A stretch of 62,976 bases of DNA, the filler included, from Choristocarpus tenellus KU-1152 (Eukaryota; Protista; Phaeophyceae), in assembly GCA_964200185.2 (NCBI GenBank). It is 15 parts of 15 records of this genome, joined end to end, with 100 filler letters (N's around TTAATTAATTAA, not from the genome) between each part and the next. Parts side by side here need not be neighbours in the genome. Positions count along the whole stretch, not along the records: positions 21,085 to 27,582 come from CAXNAD020007995.1; positions 27,683 to 31,184 come from CAXNAD020019604.1; positions 31,285 to 34,679 come from CAXNAD020020322.1; positions 34,780 to 42,305 come from CAXNAD020006019.1; 11 more parts are not named here. One strand, 5' to 3'. The position numbers and the translations under genes were made by a program. The notes beneath the pieces were generated by a model. It was not told the DNA's origin, did not search any database, and worked only from the letters and a program-made list of their open reading frames with translations. Shown here in pieces: positions 24,311 through 37,855 of this stretch. Every line of letters begins with the position of its first letter. Position 1 is the first letter of the stretch.

Positions 24311-27300
24311 AAAGATGTTCAAGGTTATCAAAAAAACGAATTTGGCGCTCATTGTAAGAAGGGCCAGCAATTGGAGAGCTGCATCAAGGCAGCAAGAATA
24401 ACTCCTTGATGCACAGCCGCATCGAGCAACTTGGCCAAGATGTTTGAGACCAATACTCAGAACATCTCAAGGCTTTGAAAGAGCTACAAGAACGGGTACC
24501 CCGCCCTGAGAAAGCTTCCCTGCTCTCCAGGAGCATAGGAGGCAGCCCAGCCTGTGCCTAGCAGGTTGAGTGTGTGTGCTCTAGCTATAATGGTTAATGG
24601 GTGTGGTCAACGGTCTAGAATAGTGTGCGGTTTGTTAATGTACTTCAAGTAACTCCTTAGAGCTAGCTCTATAGAACAAGAATAGTAATACATGAGAGTC
24701 CAATAGGCAAGGCCATCCCATGTTCCTATTCACTTCGCCCATTAAGTACGCAAAAGCACTATCTATATACATATACCCTATCTTCATCCAATACACCACC
24801 TTGATTGTGCATACTCCAAGGTCCTGAACCAAACCTTCACTGCATTTCCGGGAGTCCAAATCATGACTACACTACCGGGCAGAGGTGGTGCCTACCAACA
24901 GGGAATCTCGTTTGGGTGTCCTCCACAGTCATGAGCAAAAAAAGCATAACTCAGCTGTGCACTATACAAAGACTCCCTCCGCTCTGCAAAGATAAAAACA
25001 GCTAGCCCCCCCCATATTACCACATGCTCACATGATCGTGCTGTGCAGAACTCCATGCTGGGCACAGGAAGTCAACAATAGCACATTATGGTTGTTGGAA
25101 GCGAGACACTGGAGTGCTTCACAGGCCGGTCACTCCACACCGTTGTCACAACAAGATCGTTGAAGGGCATGTAATCCTCAAGAATCAGTGAAATTCTGTC
25201 AACGAACCGTAATGAAATGGTTGCAACGGGAGGGGGAGGTTTTAAGGACGCAAAGAGGATGCTGTCGTGATGGACACATCCAAAAAAGAAATGGGGAGCA
25301 TCATCACCACCCGTTGAAGGATTATTTTGCCATTTCTCTGACATAGAAATTGGAGGGGGGATGACACTGGCTCTATTCTCCCACAGTTACCCAGAGAGCC
25401 AGTCAACTAACCGAGATACAATACGTCCATTTTACGCCAGGTTTCAAGCAGATGCTTCAGCCTCTCGAAGTAGGTCGGAGGCATTCAGAAAACTTTTAAA
25501 CCTGCTGCAGGTTGATTGATCCCATCACTCTTGAAGTATGTCTGGAATCAAGCCAACATTGGTATCTGTCAATCAGGGTATAGTAGCACCTTCGACTCAC
25601 GATACAGCGTGCAATAGGGCGCACAATCTGACTAAGGGGGAAAATTCTGTTATTATTTTCTTGGGGGGGGAGGGGGGGGGAGGGGTATTCTTCTTGTTGA
25701 CTTTACTTATTGTCGCTCAAACCGTTTCGGTTGGAAGATGATTGATTAGACATGCACCCGAATGTAAAAACAACTAATCCATGTACAAGATGATAGCTTT
25801 CAATGCAACTTTCTCCTGAAGGACCCCCCAGTATTCCACCGGGATGTTGCTCGTATGTGTGATTTGGTCTCCTCTGTCAGAGGGGGGATCTTGATTCAAC
25901 CCCTTCTACATATATAACCCAGGCAATTCAGGACTCCATTCAGACCCTTGGGTGAGATGTCCACCTCAAAGCATGTCTTTTCCCAAGCGAACAACCTCCA
26001 ACATACAACCACACTTACGAAGGGGTTCTGTGTGTAGATGTAGGGTTCCATCTCGTCCAGCTGTGGCTTAATGACATCCCACCTCCTCTCAGAGTCCACT
26101 TTAACACTCCCCCTTCCATTTGTTGAGGTCCTCAAGACATCCCCTTCCCCTTCCCAATTTTTTAATATTTCGAAATTTTTTGTCATCGTATCCCACTCCC
26201 AATCCTTGGCAAACAGCCTCCATTGCCTCATCTTGGCCTATACGGTTGTCACCAACAAACCTGTAGTGCATGACCAGCACTACATGCGCATGCCATGCCC
26301 TTGCCAAAGCACATCTCCCCTGGTTAACCTGACTTTCTCCACTTGTTCTTTTGGCATGAATCCCTCCAGCCTTTTGAGTAATACTCTAGCAGCATCGACG
26401 AATTGTGCTCTTCTTTTGCAGCTGTGGGCACTATTCCCTAACTCTAACATTTCGTCACTCTACCCATTTGTTTTGCAGTGTCCCCTCGTCTGCAGGCGCC
26501 TTTGGGGCCAGCCCTCTCCATTGATTGCTTTGGGTATTCGAAATCCCGCAGTTCCTTTACTTGGCACGTCTATCACCTTGAGATTGACTTTGAGACACGA
26601 AAAACGTCCTGGACAAATATGTGGGTCTACTCCTCTTCTCTCTGACAAACAAGTGTGGTCTTTCCTAGTGCCCTTACAAGACCTCTAAATTTTCGAGGTG
26701 TATCAGGACTTGCAAAAAGGTCATCCACCTTCCATGCGGACGCCATCAGTTGGGTATTTAGAGATAGGTGCCAAGTAGTACACGAACTTGAAGCTGAATC
26801 CGGAATAATTCATTTAATTGCTTCATCAGAAGTGAACACCATACATTAAATGAGAAAATTGTTATTACAGCAGAAGATTGAACAAAATTTCGCAAAATAA
26901 TGTCCTTTTAAGAGTGTACCTAAAAAGCGAGACAATTCCCCGACTTCCTAGGTTCATCCATAATAGGAATATTTTTAGACACAAGTTAAGCATATCTGTA
27001 TCTACCATCAGAACCCCCCTCCCAGTCCAACTCTACCTCTAGTCCAACAAATTTTGCTGATCATCATTTAGGGTACGGTTGGCCTAAAATGCTATTTCAT
27101 TCCCTAACTCTAACTTCTAAATTTCGTCCAACAAATACTGTTGTAACATCATAGAGGAGTGGTTGGTCCCTATGATTATTGGCCCAATATGATTCCCCGG
27201 CAGGGCCCTGGCCTCTGATGCCTCTATTACTAACTTTAAATTCCTGTTGGTCACTTTCAAGGCTAACTTACTCACAGACCCTACACCTACACATAAAACG

Positions 27301-27682
27301 ACTCTATCGATCATCAAATTTGAACAGGAAAGGACAGAACTCCCCGCAGCACAACCCACTCCTTCTACACAGGAAAAGCACACCCCTGCTACGCAAGAAT
27401 GGCCCCCTCCTGTGCTATTCCTCCTGGTGCAGCTGGAGCACAGTATCTGCTACCTGATGGAGTTTCTCATTATAGTTAGGCACAGACCACACAGCCCTCT
27501 CCTTTACCCTTCCCCCTTCTGTTACTCGAGCACTGCGCCAGCCAGTTTTCATCCAACACAGCCCCTACGGGTTTACCCAGGCNNNNNNNNNNNNNNNNNN
27601 NNNNNNNNNNNNNNNNNNNNNNNNNNTTAATTAATTAANNNNNNNNNNNNNNNNNNNNNNNNNNNNNNNNNNNNNNNNNNNN

Positions 27683-27745
27683 AATCGCCACATTGGATTT
27701 TGGCCCCCAAATGGACGCGGCTCTACCCTCTAAGATACTTTGGCT
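27683..27745. mobile_element. Truncated MITE family A end at a contig edge
   Basis: CCCCAAATGGAC..TACCCTCTAAGATACTTTGGCTC; another truncated end lies at 48036-48102. Confidence 0.85.
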
Positions 27746-28530
27746 CTATTCTTATTTATCTCTGACAATGGGACATATCAATACTCTTCTACGTAGCACC
27801 ACACATACACGTTATGTCCCGTTGATGTCAACACAACTCACACCGTCCTTAGACCTCGGTGTCTTGTTTTTGCCTGTCCTGAAGTGGTACATCCAGTTGT
27901 TGAGGAACGGACAAGAAATGTTGCACCCAATGTTTTTTGTCGCAAATGATTACATAATGGGTGCACAGGAAATGACTCTTCATCTATATGGAAGGACCCA
28001 ATACGGGTGCCGTATCTAGTGACATGAAAAATCGCACTCCTTGCCATTATTACGGTCTGGAATGCCAAGGTATTCTCCATCGTGACATCTATCATTTTCA
28101 GTACAATCTTCTGTACTCCTTTTCACCCTTGGGTGTCACGCAATATAGTACCCCCTTGTTAAAAATCACAAAGAAAGGGGCACCCCCTAAAAAACACGTT
28201 CTGGACGTATGACCATGCCGTTAACCCCTTCCTCAACCTTCCAAAATTGCTTCAATATCGATTGGCACACAGTGTGATAGCAGATCATTTTATATCTGGT
28301 GATATCACAGGTTCGGGTAATATTATTTGAATATCGAACTATCGACGTAAAGAAAGTTTTGAGGCTTCATCGGATGAAGTCAAGGGACAGCACTGCAGCG
28401 ACACCGTTGTGTATCTGATATTTTTTACATCTTCGTTCCAAATGACAAGCTCACTCTACATAGTTAAACAACGCCAATAGTCTATAACAAGGATTAATAT
28501 AGTAACTAGCGCTGCTCTTGGCGTGCAGAT

Positions 28531-28602
28531 GACTCTGTGGCGCAACGGTAGCGCGTCAGATTCCAGACCTGAAGGTTGCGAGTTCGAATCTCGTCAGGGT
28601 CA
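28531..28602 (+). tRNA. trnW: tRNA-Trp(CCA)
   Basis: 72-nt cloverleaf: acceptor GACTCTG/CAGGGTC, D stem GCGC/GCGC, anticodon loop TTCCAGA, T arm GCGAG-TTCGAAT-CTCGT, discriminator A, followed by a TTTT Pol III terminator. Confidence 0.95.
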
Positions 28603-30125
28603 TTTTCTACCTTGTCTTTTTTTCCTCAGTCACTCACCAACATGTTCCAACTTTCTGTTTGATTTTGACGGATTAGATGGCAAGTACAACGGAGAAGTAA
28701 AAGGACAACAGTACCCAGTATCTAATCTACCCTTGGGACTTACTCTGTCTCGATAAAATTCACAATAATTAAACGGAGAACCTGAATCCCAATCAAGGTT
28801 CACTACAACCAAGTGAATAAATACATGACATGATTAGAGTGAAGAGGCAGAGCAACATTTTGTGGGATGGCTAAGGGCAATACGCACGAAATTGCAAAAC
28901 ACAAACAAAGTGTTACGAGCTCCGTTGTAATGAAATACATGTATAGTATAGCTCGTAGTTTCAATGAGGAATAGTGTGCAGTATGTAGTGTCTCTTTCCA
29001 AAGGTTGGCCTAGAGGTTCCTGCTCACAAACTGATGTAGTAGTGTAGATCAAATATTTTTTATCAACATCAATTGTATTGTAACATGATATAGTCGGCTA
29101 TCTCAGATGTTGAGCATGCATGCTACCACAGGTAGAACCTCAAATAAAACATTTCTCCTCCATAGTAACACGAATCAGAATTGATTTTCTATTTTCTCTT
29201 CTTTGACGGGGTGCACATATTTTTTTTCGTATGCCCAAACGAAGACATACAGAGAGCGATTCATTTTTTAATCTCTCACAGACATGTCTCTACCAATATA
29301 AACTTCATATCAAGAAAATTCCGAAACGGCAAGAAGGCATGTTTGTTAAGGAAGAGGCGTCAGAGAGCATAATCAAAAACAGCTTAACCCCCCCCCCCTC
29401 GCACATAAACTACACACAAATAAAAGTTCTTGTGTCAAATGGAGTGCGACAAGGTACAAGTCATTGATTTTGTCAATCTGTCGTCCATATATCTGAGGAC
29501 ATACGCTTGAGGACACAATATCAAAGTTAGTTGTGGTTCACTTTATATTCGACTGTCTTCTTTAGCGTCAACTGTTGGTGGTACTTAAATCATTATTATG
29601 ACCATGGTTAGTGTGACTATTTTCATAATCATAATTATTACGACTATTATTGTTATGATTATGATCATCTGATTGAACCTATCCTTAAACAAGTCTATTA
29701 ATTGTGTAACATTAATTTCTTCTATTTTATTTTCTTGATATAAAATTATAGAAGAAGGAATTTTATTATTAGAGTTTTGTAATTTACTATCCCTTAATGC
29801 GGCTTCTTGATCGCTTAAATTTCCATCAGCTATGGCTAATTTATGTTATTATTTTTTATTACTTATTATGATTTGGTTATTTGATTGTTATGATGACAGT
29901 TGTGATGATTATGGTTATGAGTATTATGTTTATAATTTGTAATTATTTGTTACAATCGTGGTGAAGTGTAACCAAGCAGATAGATGTGCGGGGTTCAAAT
30001 CCCCGCGATTGTACTTTGAGCCCACCTGACCAGTAACAAGAAGAAATCAGCTACAAAGGAAAGAAGAAGGCGACCTCTACCACGCCAACTGATAGAGGTA
30101 ATGAGATTAACGAATACCCCCCTCA

Positions 30126-30748
30126 CTACCTAGTTGTCGTGGTAGGGGTTAGGGCACCCCCCTCATTACCTCCATCGGTTTGCATGGAAGAGGTCGACTT
30201 CTTCTTCCCTTTCTTTGTAGCCGACTTCTCCTTGCTGCCAGCATTAGATGTGGCAGTAGGTGTGGGAGTGGTAATGTCAGACATAATGTGCCTTAAGTTA
30301 GCCCCCTTGGACACTAGGGGTGAGTACCACTGTGGAAGTGTCAAAGGCGCCAAAGCTCTCTGCACAAGGGGGAATCACAATCACCAGACTGAACTCTTCC
30401 ACCTCAGAGGGTCAGACCAAGTTTTCGCAGGTCTTGGTCCAACATTTCAGAATCGGTTGAGGAAATCCAGCACATAACAATAACCTGAAAGCACAACAGA
30501 TGTCCTAGACTGAGTGAGCAACGTCACAGCAGAGAAATGGATCGGTCAGGATCGGAATGGATCTTCGTTCTGACAGTCCTTTTGACTGTTTGGCCAAATT
30601 TGGATCTTATGAGTGTAGTTGGTTTTTATGAACTGGTCGGTATGGGCGAGTTCCAATGATGTGGTTGGCGCGCGCAAATGTATATGACCGCCATCTTATC
30701 CACAAATGTGTGTGTTGGAGATCCCAAAAATGGAACTTGTCCCTGACA
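30126..30748 (-). mobile_element. 5' end of an LTR retrotransposon: LTR (30748-30331), PBS (30329-30318) and start of a gag-like ORF
   Basis: The minus strand reads TGTCAGGG...CTTCCACA, then G, TGGTACTCACCC, then ATG of MSDITTPTPT..KKGKKK. The LTR start is shared with 11752-12117. Confidence 0.6.
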
Positions 30749-31118
30749 CTCCTATGATTAAGATTATGACTATTATTATTATGAAGTGAGTCACTTTTTT
30801 CTACACTGAAGCAGGGGCGTTACTTGCTGGGAGAGGGACAGAGGACGTTCACAAGCTGATCCCAAGTGCCACCCCCCTTTGCAAACAATTTTTTTTACGC
30901 CCATCCACAACACAGAATTCACAACACGTAGGGAGCTCTCAGCCCTCATCAGTTCGTTGTGATGGGGAGGAAAAGGTTCCTCATTATTTACAAAACCTTG
31001 GTTTCATTTCACCACTGTACCCGTACGAGAGGAGTCAGGCGTGAAAAAGATACTAAGTAATTTTGTTCATTATCTATTCTCAACAAACCACAAAAGAAGA
31101 GTATCGACCCAAAGTATC

Positions 31119-31151
<33 letters not shown>

Positions 31152-31616
31152 GGGGGAAAAAGGAAGGGGGGAACACCCGCACCCNNNNNNNNNNNNNNNN
31201 NNNNNNNNNNNNNNNNNNNNNNNNNNNNTTAATTAATTAANNNNNNNNNNNNNNNNNNNNNNNNNNNNNNNNNNNNNNNNNNNNGTACTATCTTTTGGGG
31301 GGGGGGATATTGCGTGGTTTAGGGGTTTGTTGGGGGCAGCAGCATTATCGGGAGGAGGGAGGAGGGAGGAGTTGGACCAAGGCATTGATTGCACTTCATG
31401 ACTGCTCCACTCAAGAACGTTCTTGGAAGTATTTATGTAGATCACTTTTTTAAAGTGTGAATTGGAAGCAGGAGTCCATATCATGGTTTTGACCCTTTTG
31501 AGTGCATTGCGTCCACTAAATTACCAAGTGGATGATCATTCCACTTGTTAGCTAAGCTTCAAAGTCATGCTGTCAGCTCCCCTTGCACTGATGGATGTCT
31601 TGTGTATTCTTGGCAG

Positions 31617-33825
31617 GTACTGGTTGTGGAGGGTAATGCACTGGTGGGCATCTTCACTCCAAGAGACATGTTGAACAGAGTGGTAGCCAAGGGGTGCAGT
31701 CCTGATGATACCCCTGTGTCTGAAGTAATGACACCCAACCCTGATAGTGTCACACCTGACATGACTGTCATGGAGGCTTTGCATGAGGTATGGTGACTAG
31801 AGATATCGTACGACTCCGTGAAGGTTACTGCATTGAATGAATGATAGGATAAACCCCCCCCCCCCAGTACAAATTTTCGATTTAGCTTTTTGCCATCCTC
31901 TCAGTGTTGAATGTTGTCTTGGTTGACGAGATTACAAACATGGAAGAATGCAATCTTTGTATTGAGAGGGTTGGTGATGGGGGGTTTCAATAGAACACGA
32001 AGGGATGAAAAGACATGTTTCTTTTTTTTTTGTACTTGAGAGTTGGGGGTAGACCAGTGCAAGAAGAGGGTAATTCTGCCCTAGGATTACAAGGGCAAGA
32101 TTTGGGACAGGGGGACATTTGAGGGGGGTTGGGGGAAAATTTGAATTGAGAGACAATCAAACCGTAACAATGAAGCCACAACTTGGTGTGATAGATCTCT
32201 CTTTCTTTTGAGAAATTATTTAAATTTTTGTGTTTGTTTTGTCTCACGATCATCGGTTCGCCACTTCTAATCTTCAATATGTTTTTGGTTTGTTTTTTTA
32301 CCAGATGCACGAGAACCGGTACCTGCACCTCCCTGTGGTCAACGCCACTGGAGGTGTGAAAGGGCTTGTCAGTGTGATGGACATAGTCAACGCTGTCGCG
32401 GGGACCGAGGGTAGCTCAAGGTGAAGCGCATGGTGTAAGGCTTGTCCTTGCCGTCCTTTGTGTTTGATAAGTGTAGTGTCGATTATTTGTGTATTGTTTT
32501 TGTCATCTGGTCTGGGGGGTTTTTCTTGGGTTGACTGACTGGTTGAGGGCCCGAGCGCTCTCCGCACTGGCTGTAATTGGCAGGTGAGGCATGGTTGTTT
32601 GTGAAGGACTTGACCGTGTTGGTCACGGAGAGGTGATGATTTTGCCCTCCTGTTTCTCAATCACATCTGTACACCGTTGGTTACTAGTTATTGTATGTGT
32701 TGTATGTGTTACAGAGATTATCCCTTCGATGTCCTCTGCACCCAGGTGTACGTGCGTAATGGTAATGAAGCAAATTGTTGTGTTTGCCTGGCGTTACGAA
32801 TAAACCTGTCCGGGCTGTGTTCAGAAATAGAAACCAAAAAAAAAAAAACTTTAAAAAAAAAAAGAAGGAAAATTGCTATGTTTGTCATCGTTTCTGTTTC
32901 TCATATCCTCCCGCCCTCCCCCCCACCCAACCACCGTGCACCTCGTGCAATTCGTGGCATGCTCATTGCCCATACCCAACTAACTCTCTATAAAGATGGG
33001 AGGCGTTCTTTGGTTCAGCCCTGGATGCAGGAGATGACTTCTCAGACATGACTTCACCGCGCAGCGTACGCATGGCTGGCAGCACCAGTGCCTATGGCAA
33101 GGCGAGGTCCTTTTCGCAGGCTATGGCCGCTGACACCTCCAGCATCTCTGCAGCAGGAGCACCGAAGCCCAAATCGTCGATGGAAGGACTAGAGGAAGTT
33201 CGTCCAGTGTCTTGCCTGCGCCCGAGGCAGCCGGTGGTGATGCCCAGTAGCTCGTGAGTGTGGATGCGATGGGGATGCGAGGCTGTCTTTGCCGGTCTTG
33301 TAGTTTAGTATGGCAGTACCGAAGGCATTATTGTCAGTGTGACTACTATGCTGTATGTGTTATGTACTGCAATGTATTGTACTTACAGTGCGTGTTTGTG
33401 TGTGCTTACGTACTCTGCTAATTCTTTTTTTTCTTAGCCTTCAACTAACAAGTCCCCTTTTTTGTAATTGATGGGTGGTGTTTATTGTGTTTTGGTTCGC
33501 GGTTGATTTCGCGGAACGATGGGGGGGGGGGGGGGGGGGGGGAAAAAAAAGGCCACCATGTAAAAAAAAAAGAAGAGGGAGAGACCAACTCTGAACCCCC
33601 CGCCCCCCCAAAACTCTTTTTTCNNNNNNNNNNGTGTGTTTTGTTTTTTGTTTTGTTGTGGGGGGGGGGCGGGGGCGTTTTGTGTAAATAAATGCCTCAC
33701 ATGTCAAATTACAGGCTTATTATTGACGTGGCAATAGAGATGACGGGTCACAAGACGGATGCAGCTTTGCTTGTGGGAGAGGGTGGGCATCTCGGAGGCA
33801 TCATTACTGACAATGACCTAACCAG
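31617..33825 (+). CDS. CBS-domain protein (CBS-pair/PB1 type), four internal exons
   Basis: Phase-consistent exons 31617-31787 (LVGIFTPRDMLNRVVAKG..VMTPNPD), 32305-32420 (YLHLPVV..GLVSVMDI), 32996-33253 and 33715-33825 (GIITDNDLTR). Confidence 0.92.
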
Positions 33826-35040
33826 GTAGGTGCCCGGGAAGTTTGACAAGAGATGAGGGGAACAAGTCAAGCCCCTTGAATTGCTTGCAGCGTCCGTGGT
33901 TACCTTGCCTATGCTAGAGGATCATCTGTGTTCTGAACCATTTGCATTTGCTGCAGTGTGTGTGGTGGGGGGGGGGATGGGGGAGGTCCTCAGTTGTTTT
34001 TGGGGGGGTGTTAACTTGTTGAAGTACTTGGAGGTGGTACATGAATGAGTTTTGGGGGTCTAATCGTGAGTATTGATGGTGAGTGCCACTGCTGTTGAGG
34101 AATCGAGAAAGGTAGGAGAGTTTCGTTGTTGCTGTTGCATGTATGTAGTGAGATTCTTGAGATTCTTTGGGGCGGCGGTGTCTAGGAGGTGTGTAGATAT
34201 TCACACTCTTCTTTCTTTTTACATTCTTGTCTACTTTTTTTGTGTGTCTGAGTATGTTGGTGGTGGGATTGGGTTTTCTGTGTCCGTTTCAGGTTGGTGC
34301 AGTTGCCTGTGATGTCATCCTCAGTGCATGAACGAACAGGGTTAACAAGTTAGTGCCCAGCAAGCAGTCGCAGCCCCCCTGGCAGAAGCAGTGTTATTCA
34401 GAGGAAAGTATTGTCTTCCAGAGTGCAGGCAAAGGTGTGCCTGCCAACAGTGTCCCACACAGGCTGTCAATCGTACACTGCTGCGTTGCAGATAGAGCAA
34501 TCAGACGTTTGAGTATTTTACTGTGTCCGAGATGGTGTGAAGTTTGTCTTTTTTTGTACTGATGATGATGTGTGCCTCGTCATGGTTTGAAGGGGGGGGG
34601 GGGGGGGGGGGGGAAAACTTTCTTTTTTTTTTAAATTTTTTGTCCGGGGGTTTTTTTTTTAGGTGTTTTTTTTGTTAAANNNNNNNNNNNNNNNNNNNNN
34701 NNNNNNNNNNNNNNNNNNNNNNNTTAATTAATTAANNNNNNNNNNNNNNNNNNNNNNNNNNNNNNNNNNNNNNNNNNNNGTGTGCTTCTGATGTCTAATT
34801 CATCCTACCAAGGCGATAGAACACACACCTTGCTGTCCGGATGACCCCACTTCGTACATCAACAATCAAAAACTCCTTATCGCAACAACTTCAATGTTAG
34901 GGAGCCTTGCAGTGTTAATCCTCTCACCTGAGCCTGGCTAATAGCCGAACAGCTACAGAGCAGGAAAAAAAAAAAAAGAGTCAAACACACCACCTTGCCT
35001 TCCTCCCCTCAAGCCACCCTGATTGCACCAAAACACACAC

Positions 35041-37530
35041 CTTCTCGTAGAAGTCAATGCTCTTCTCCATGTCCACTGTTCGAACAGTCATCTTGCTCAC
35101 GGGGTCCCTCCTGTTGCGGGCCTCCTTGATCTCAAACACCCACCCATCAGGGTCCTTAAGCTTCAATATTGTGTCCACTGTCTTCTTGCCTACTGGTTCA
35201 TCTGGAATGAGAGATGGCCCAACTTCCACATCCTTTGATCCAGATGTATCAGGTGTGTACAACAGGATCAGTTGGTGTTAAGTTTGGGGGGCAGGGGCAG
35301 GGGCAGGGGCAGGGGGCGGGCGGGTGGGCGGGAGGGCGGGGGGGTTATGTCTCTTCTCTCTTACCATCTGGCACCATAGAGCAACTAATATTTCAAATGT
35401 ATCTATCTCCTACAGAGAGAGAGAGATTGTTGCAATGGAATCTGAAAAAAGTATATAACAGACTCCTCAAATACACAGAGCATGGATGGTGGATACAAGT
35501 GCAGAACTACCTGTCACCACTATTGGCAGGCTATCAAGTATATGGCAATTTGGGCATGCTCAGCCTTTCCGAACAAAAAAGCAAAAGCCTCTATCCAATG
35601 AGAGCGAAGACGTTTTTGAATCCAACAGTGTAGGGGGAAGGAGGTCTGACCTCTACTTCCCCCCCACTCCCTTGCCCCTTAGAAACTAGGTCCTCAGCTT
35701 GTAGATAGAAAACCATACTTCATCTCTCCACCCCCGCCCCTTCCCCCTTTGCGACCTTCTGTCCTTCTCTTGAGGGATAGGGATTTTAGCAAGAGTTGGA
35801 GGTGAGGCATACAAGAGGATCTTTGCCCTTACCGCTGGACCAAACACAATCTCTGCTCCTGTCGCCTTGGCCTTTTTGGCCACATCCCTGAGGTTGGGTA
35901 GCTGTAGACCCATGCTATAGACTTCATCTCCAATGTCATAGCTCTCCTTCCCATAGTTGTATGTAAGCTCCAGGCTGAAGTGCTCTCCCCTGTCCCAAGG
36001 AGAGGTTGAGTGGAGGGGTGGACGGACTGGTTGTGTAGGCGATTGATGGGTTGGGCGGATAGATGTGTGGATCAATGGAAATGAGGTGGGGCATGAGCGG
36101 TGTTATTTATAAGAATTGATGTAACCGCCACTCCACAGTTGGCATGGTTGGGGTGTGCATCAAGCACAGAGCATTAGTTGGGCAGGGCTTCAACGTAACC
36201 CATTCTGCAGTATATGAGATCAAGAGCTTCCTCATAAGCTGGGAGGGTGTTTTACCTCACAAGGCCACTTGCCACTGGACAGTGCACTAGGTTTCCACCA
36301 AATTGCCCAAATTGAATTGGTATTGATGCCGTTTTGACAGTCACAACTTGTAACACTCTGGAAACATTAACCCTCTCTCATTTACTAATAATTAAGGGTC
36401 ACCATAACTTCACTTGTGAACGCATGCGGGACCAATATCCCTCAATATATTACTCACTTGCTTTCTGTTCCGTAACCCAGGAAGGCATTGCTGTACTTCT
36501 CCTCGGGGATATCACGGTAACGAAGGAGCTGCGAGAAGGGTGGTTATTGCAACGTTCGGTATCGTTACTGGTAGGGCAGAATAGAAGGCAACTAAATGAG
36601 AAGATGCAACTGAAGCTTCTTGAAAAATATGCTCCAGATCAGCAACTCCTGGGGCTTAGGCAATTTGGAGTGTGCCTGGCAAATCCAACGAGAGGTTTTC
36701 GAGTGGGAAACATCCTCCAGGATACGATCGCTCATGGCAGAGTTTCCTCCTGCTATATGCTCCAGCTAGAACTATCTCGACAGGACATTCAGCATGCCGA
36801 CACATGGTTGCATGGCACACATTACTTCGGAGAACAGTTGCGAAGAAGCACTGTTCTCCAATTCTCCTCTTAGTTTTGTAAGTTGTGCAAGTGGGGAAAA
36901 CGTCACTTTTGGATGAAACTCATTACCAGTTACAAGAAACTTGGACAATTGAAAAATATTCACCTTCATCCCGAAGACGTCCTGGTAGAACTTGATGGTC
37001 TTGTCCATATTGCCGACACGGTAAACAACGTGCAACATTTTGTTGTCGCTCATCGGCGTCTTGGCCCCGTCAGTCGCAGTAGACTCTGAGGGAGCACCCG
37101 CTGTCATGCCCACCGTCGCCACGCCCCAAGCCCGCCGTCGGTTTGCTCCCTGAAGTTCCCATGAATGCCCACACGATGAGCGAGAGCATGGATTTCCTTT
37201 TGCGGCCAAACCTCCCCCGAAAGCTTTGTGGTGTGGGGTAATGATGGAAGACGAAAGGCGAGGCCACGGCCAACTCAATGCAATGTGATAGGTAATTGCT
37301 CGGAGGGAAGTTGCAACTCTAACAATATCAAAATGACGAGAATCACAATGTACGAGGATCGTAAGTCTAACATTTAGGGCTCACAGCACCACGCAGCACA
37401 CGAGGTGGTGGACACATGATTCTTGGAGGGTGACCTGACATCACATGTATCCCTCACCAAAGCCGTTTACTGTCTGGAAGAAGCCATAGACCAGCGCGCC
37501 TAGCGCGAGTAAAGAGCGCGTTGTTGTCAT
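35041..37530 (-). CDS. GLX1: Lactoylglutathione lyase (glyoxalase I, two-VOC-domain type), plastid-targeted; 3' exons missing
   Basis: Exons 37530-37458 (signal peptide ..VNG-F), 37223-36964 (MLHVVYRVGNMDKTIKFY), 36528-36458 (LLRYRDIPEEKYSNAFLGYG), 35989-35833 (LELTYNYG) and 35232-35041 (KDPDGWVFEI..DMEKSIDFYEK); the phases agree. Confidence 0.93.
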
Positions 37531-37855
37531 GGCTATGCTGAGGGAGCTAGAGGGTGACAATAGTAGCACCACAAAGTGCAACTCGATGCTCAAGTGAGGA
37601 AAGGGAAAAACTTGACATGACAAAGGGTTAGGGATTTAATGGACAGATCAACATTACATTTAAACGATAGTAGTAATAAATCAACAATGTTCGACTGAAT
37701 AGGGTTGGAGACGAGTTCTGGCAGACCCCACTCGTGCTGCTTAATGTCCACAGCCTCAAATGGGCGTTAGAGATCTATGATTCTTCCATGCCAAGGAGGG
37801 TGCCCACTATCCAGAACTAGATACCCCTGAAAATATCACAAGTTGAACACCTGAC

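Noticed and set aside
36334-36873. 179-aa plus-strand ORF
   Set aside because: Antisense to a glyoxalase I exon and its introns, with no recognisable motif.
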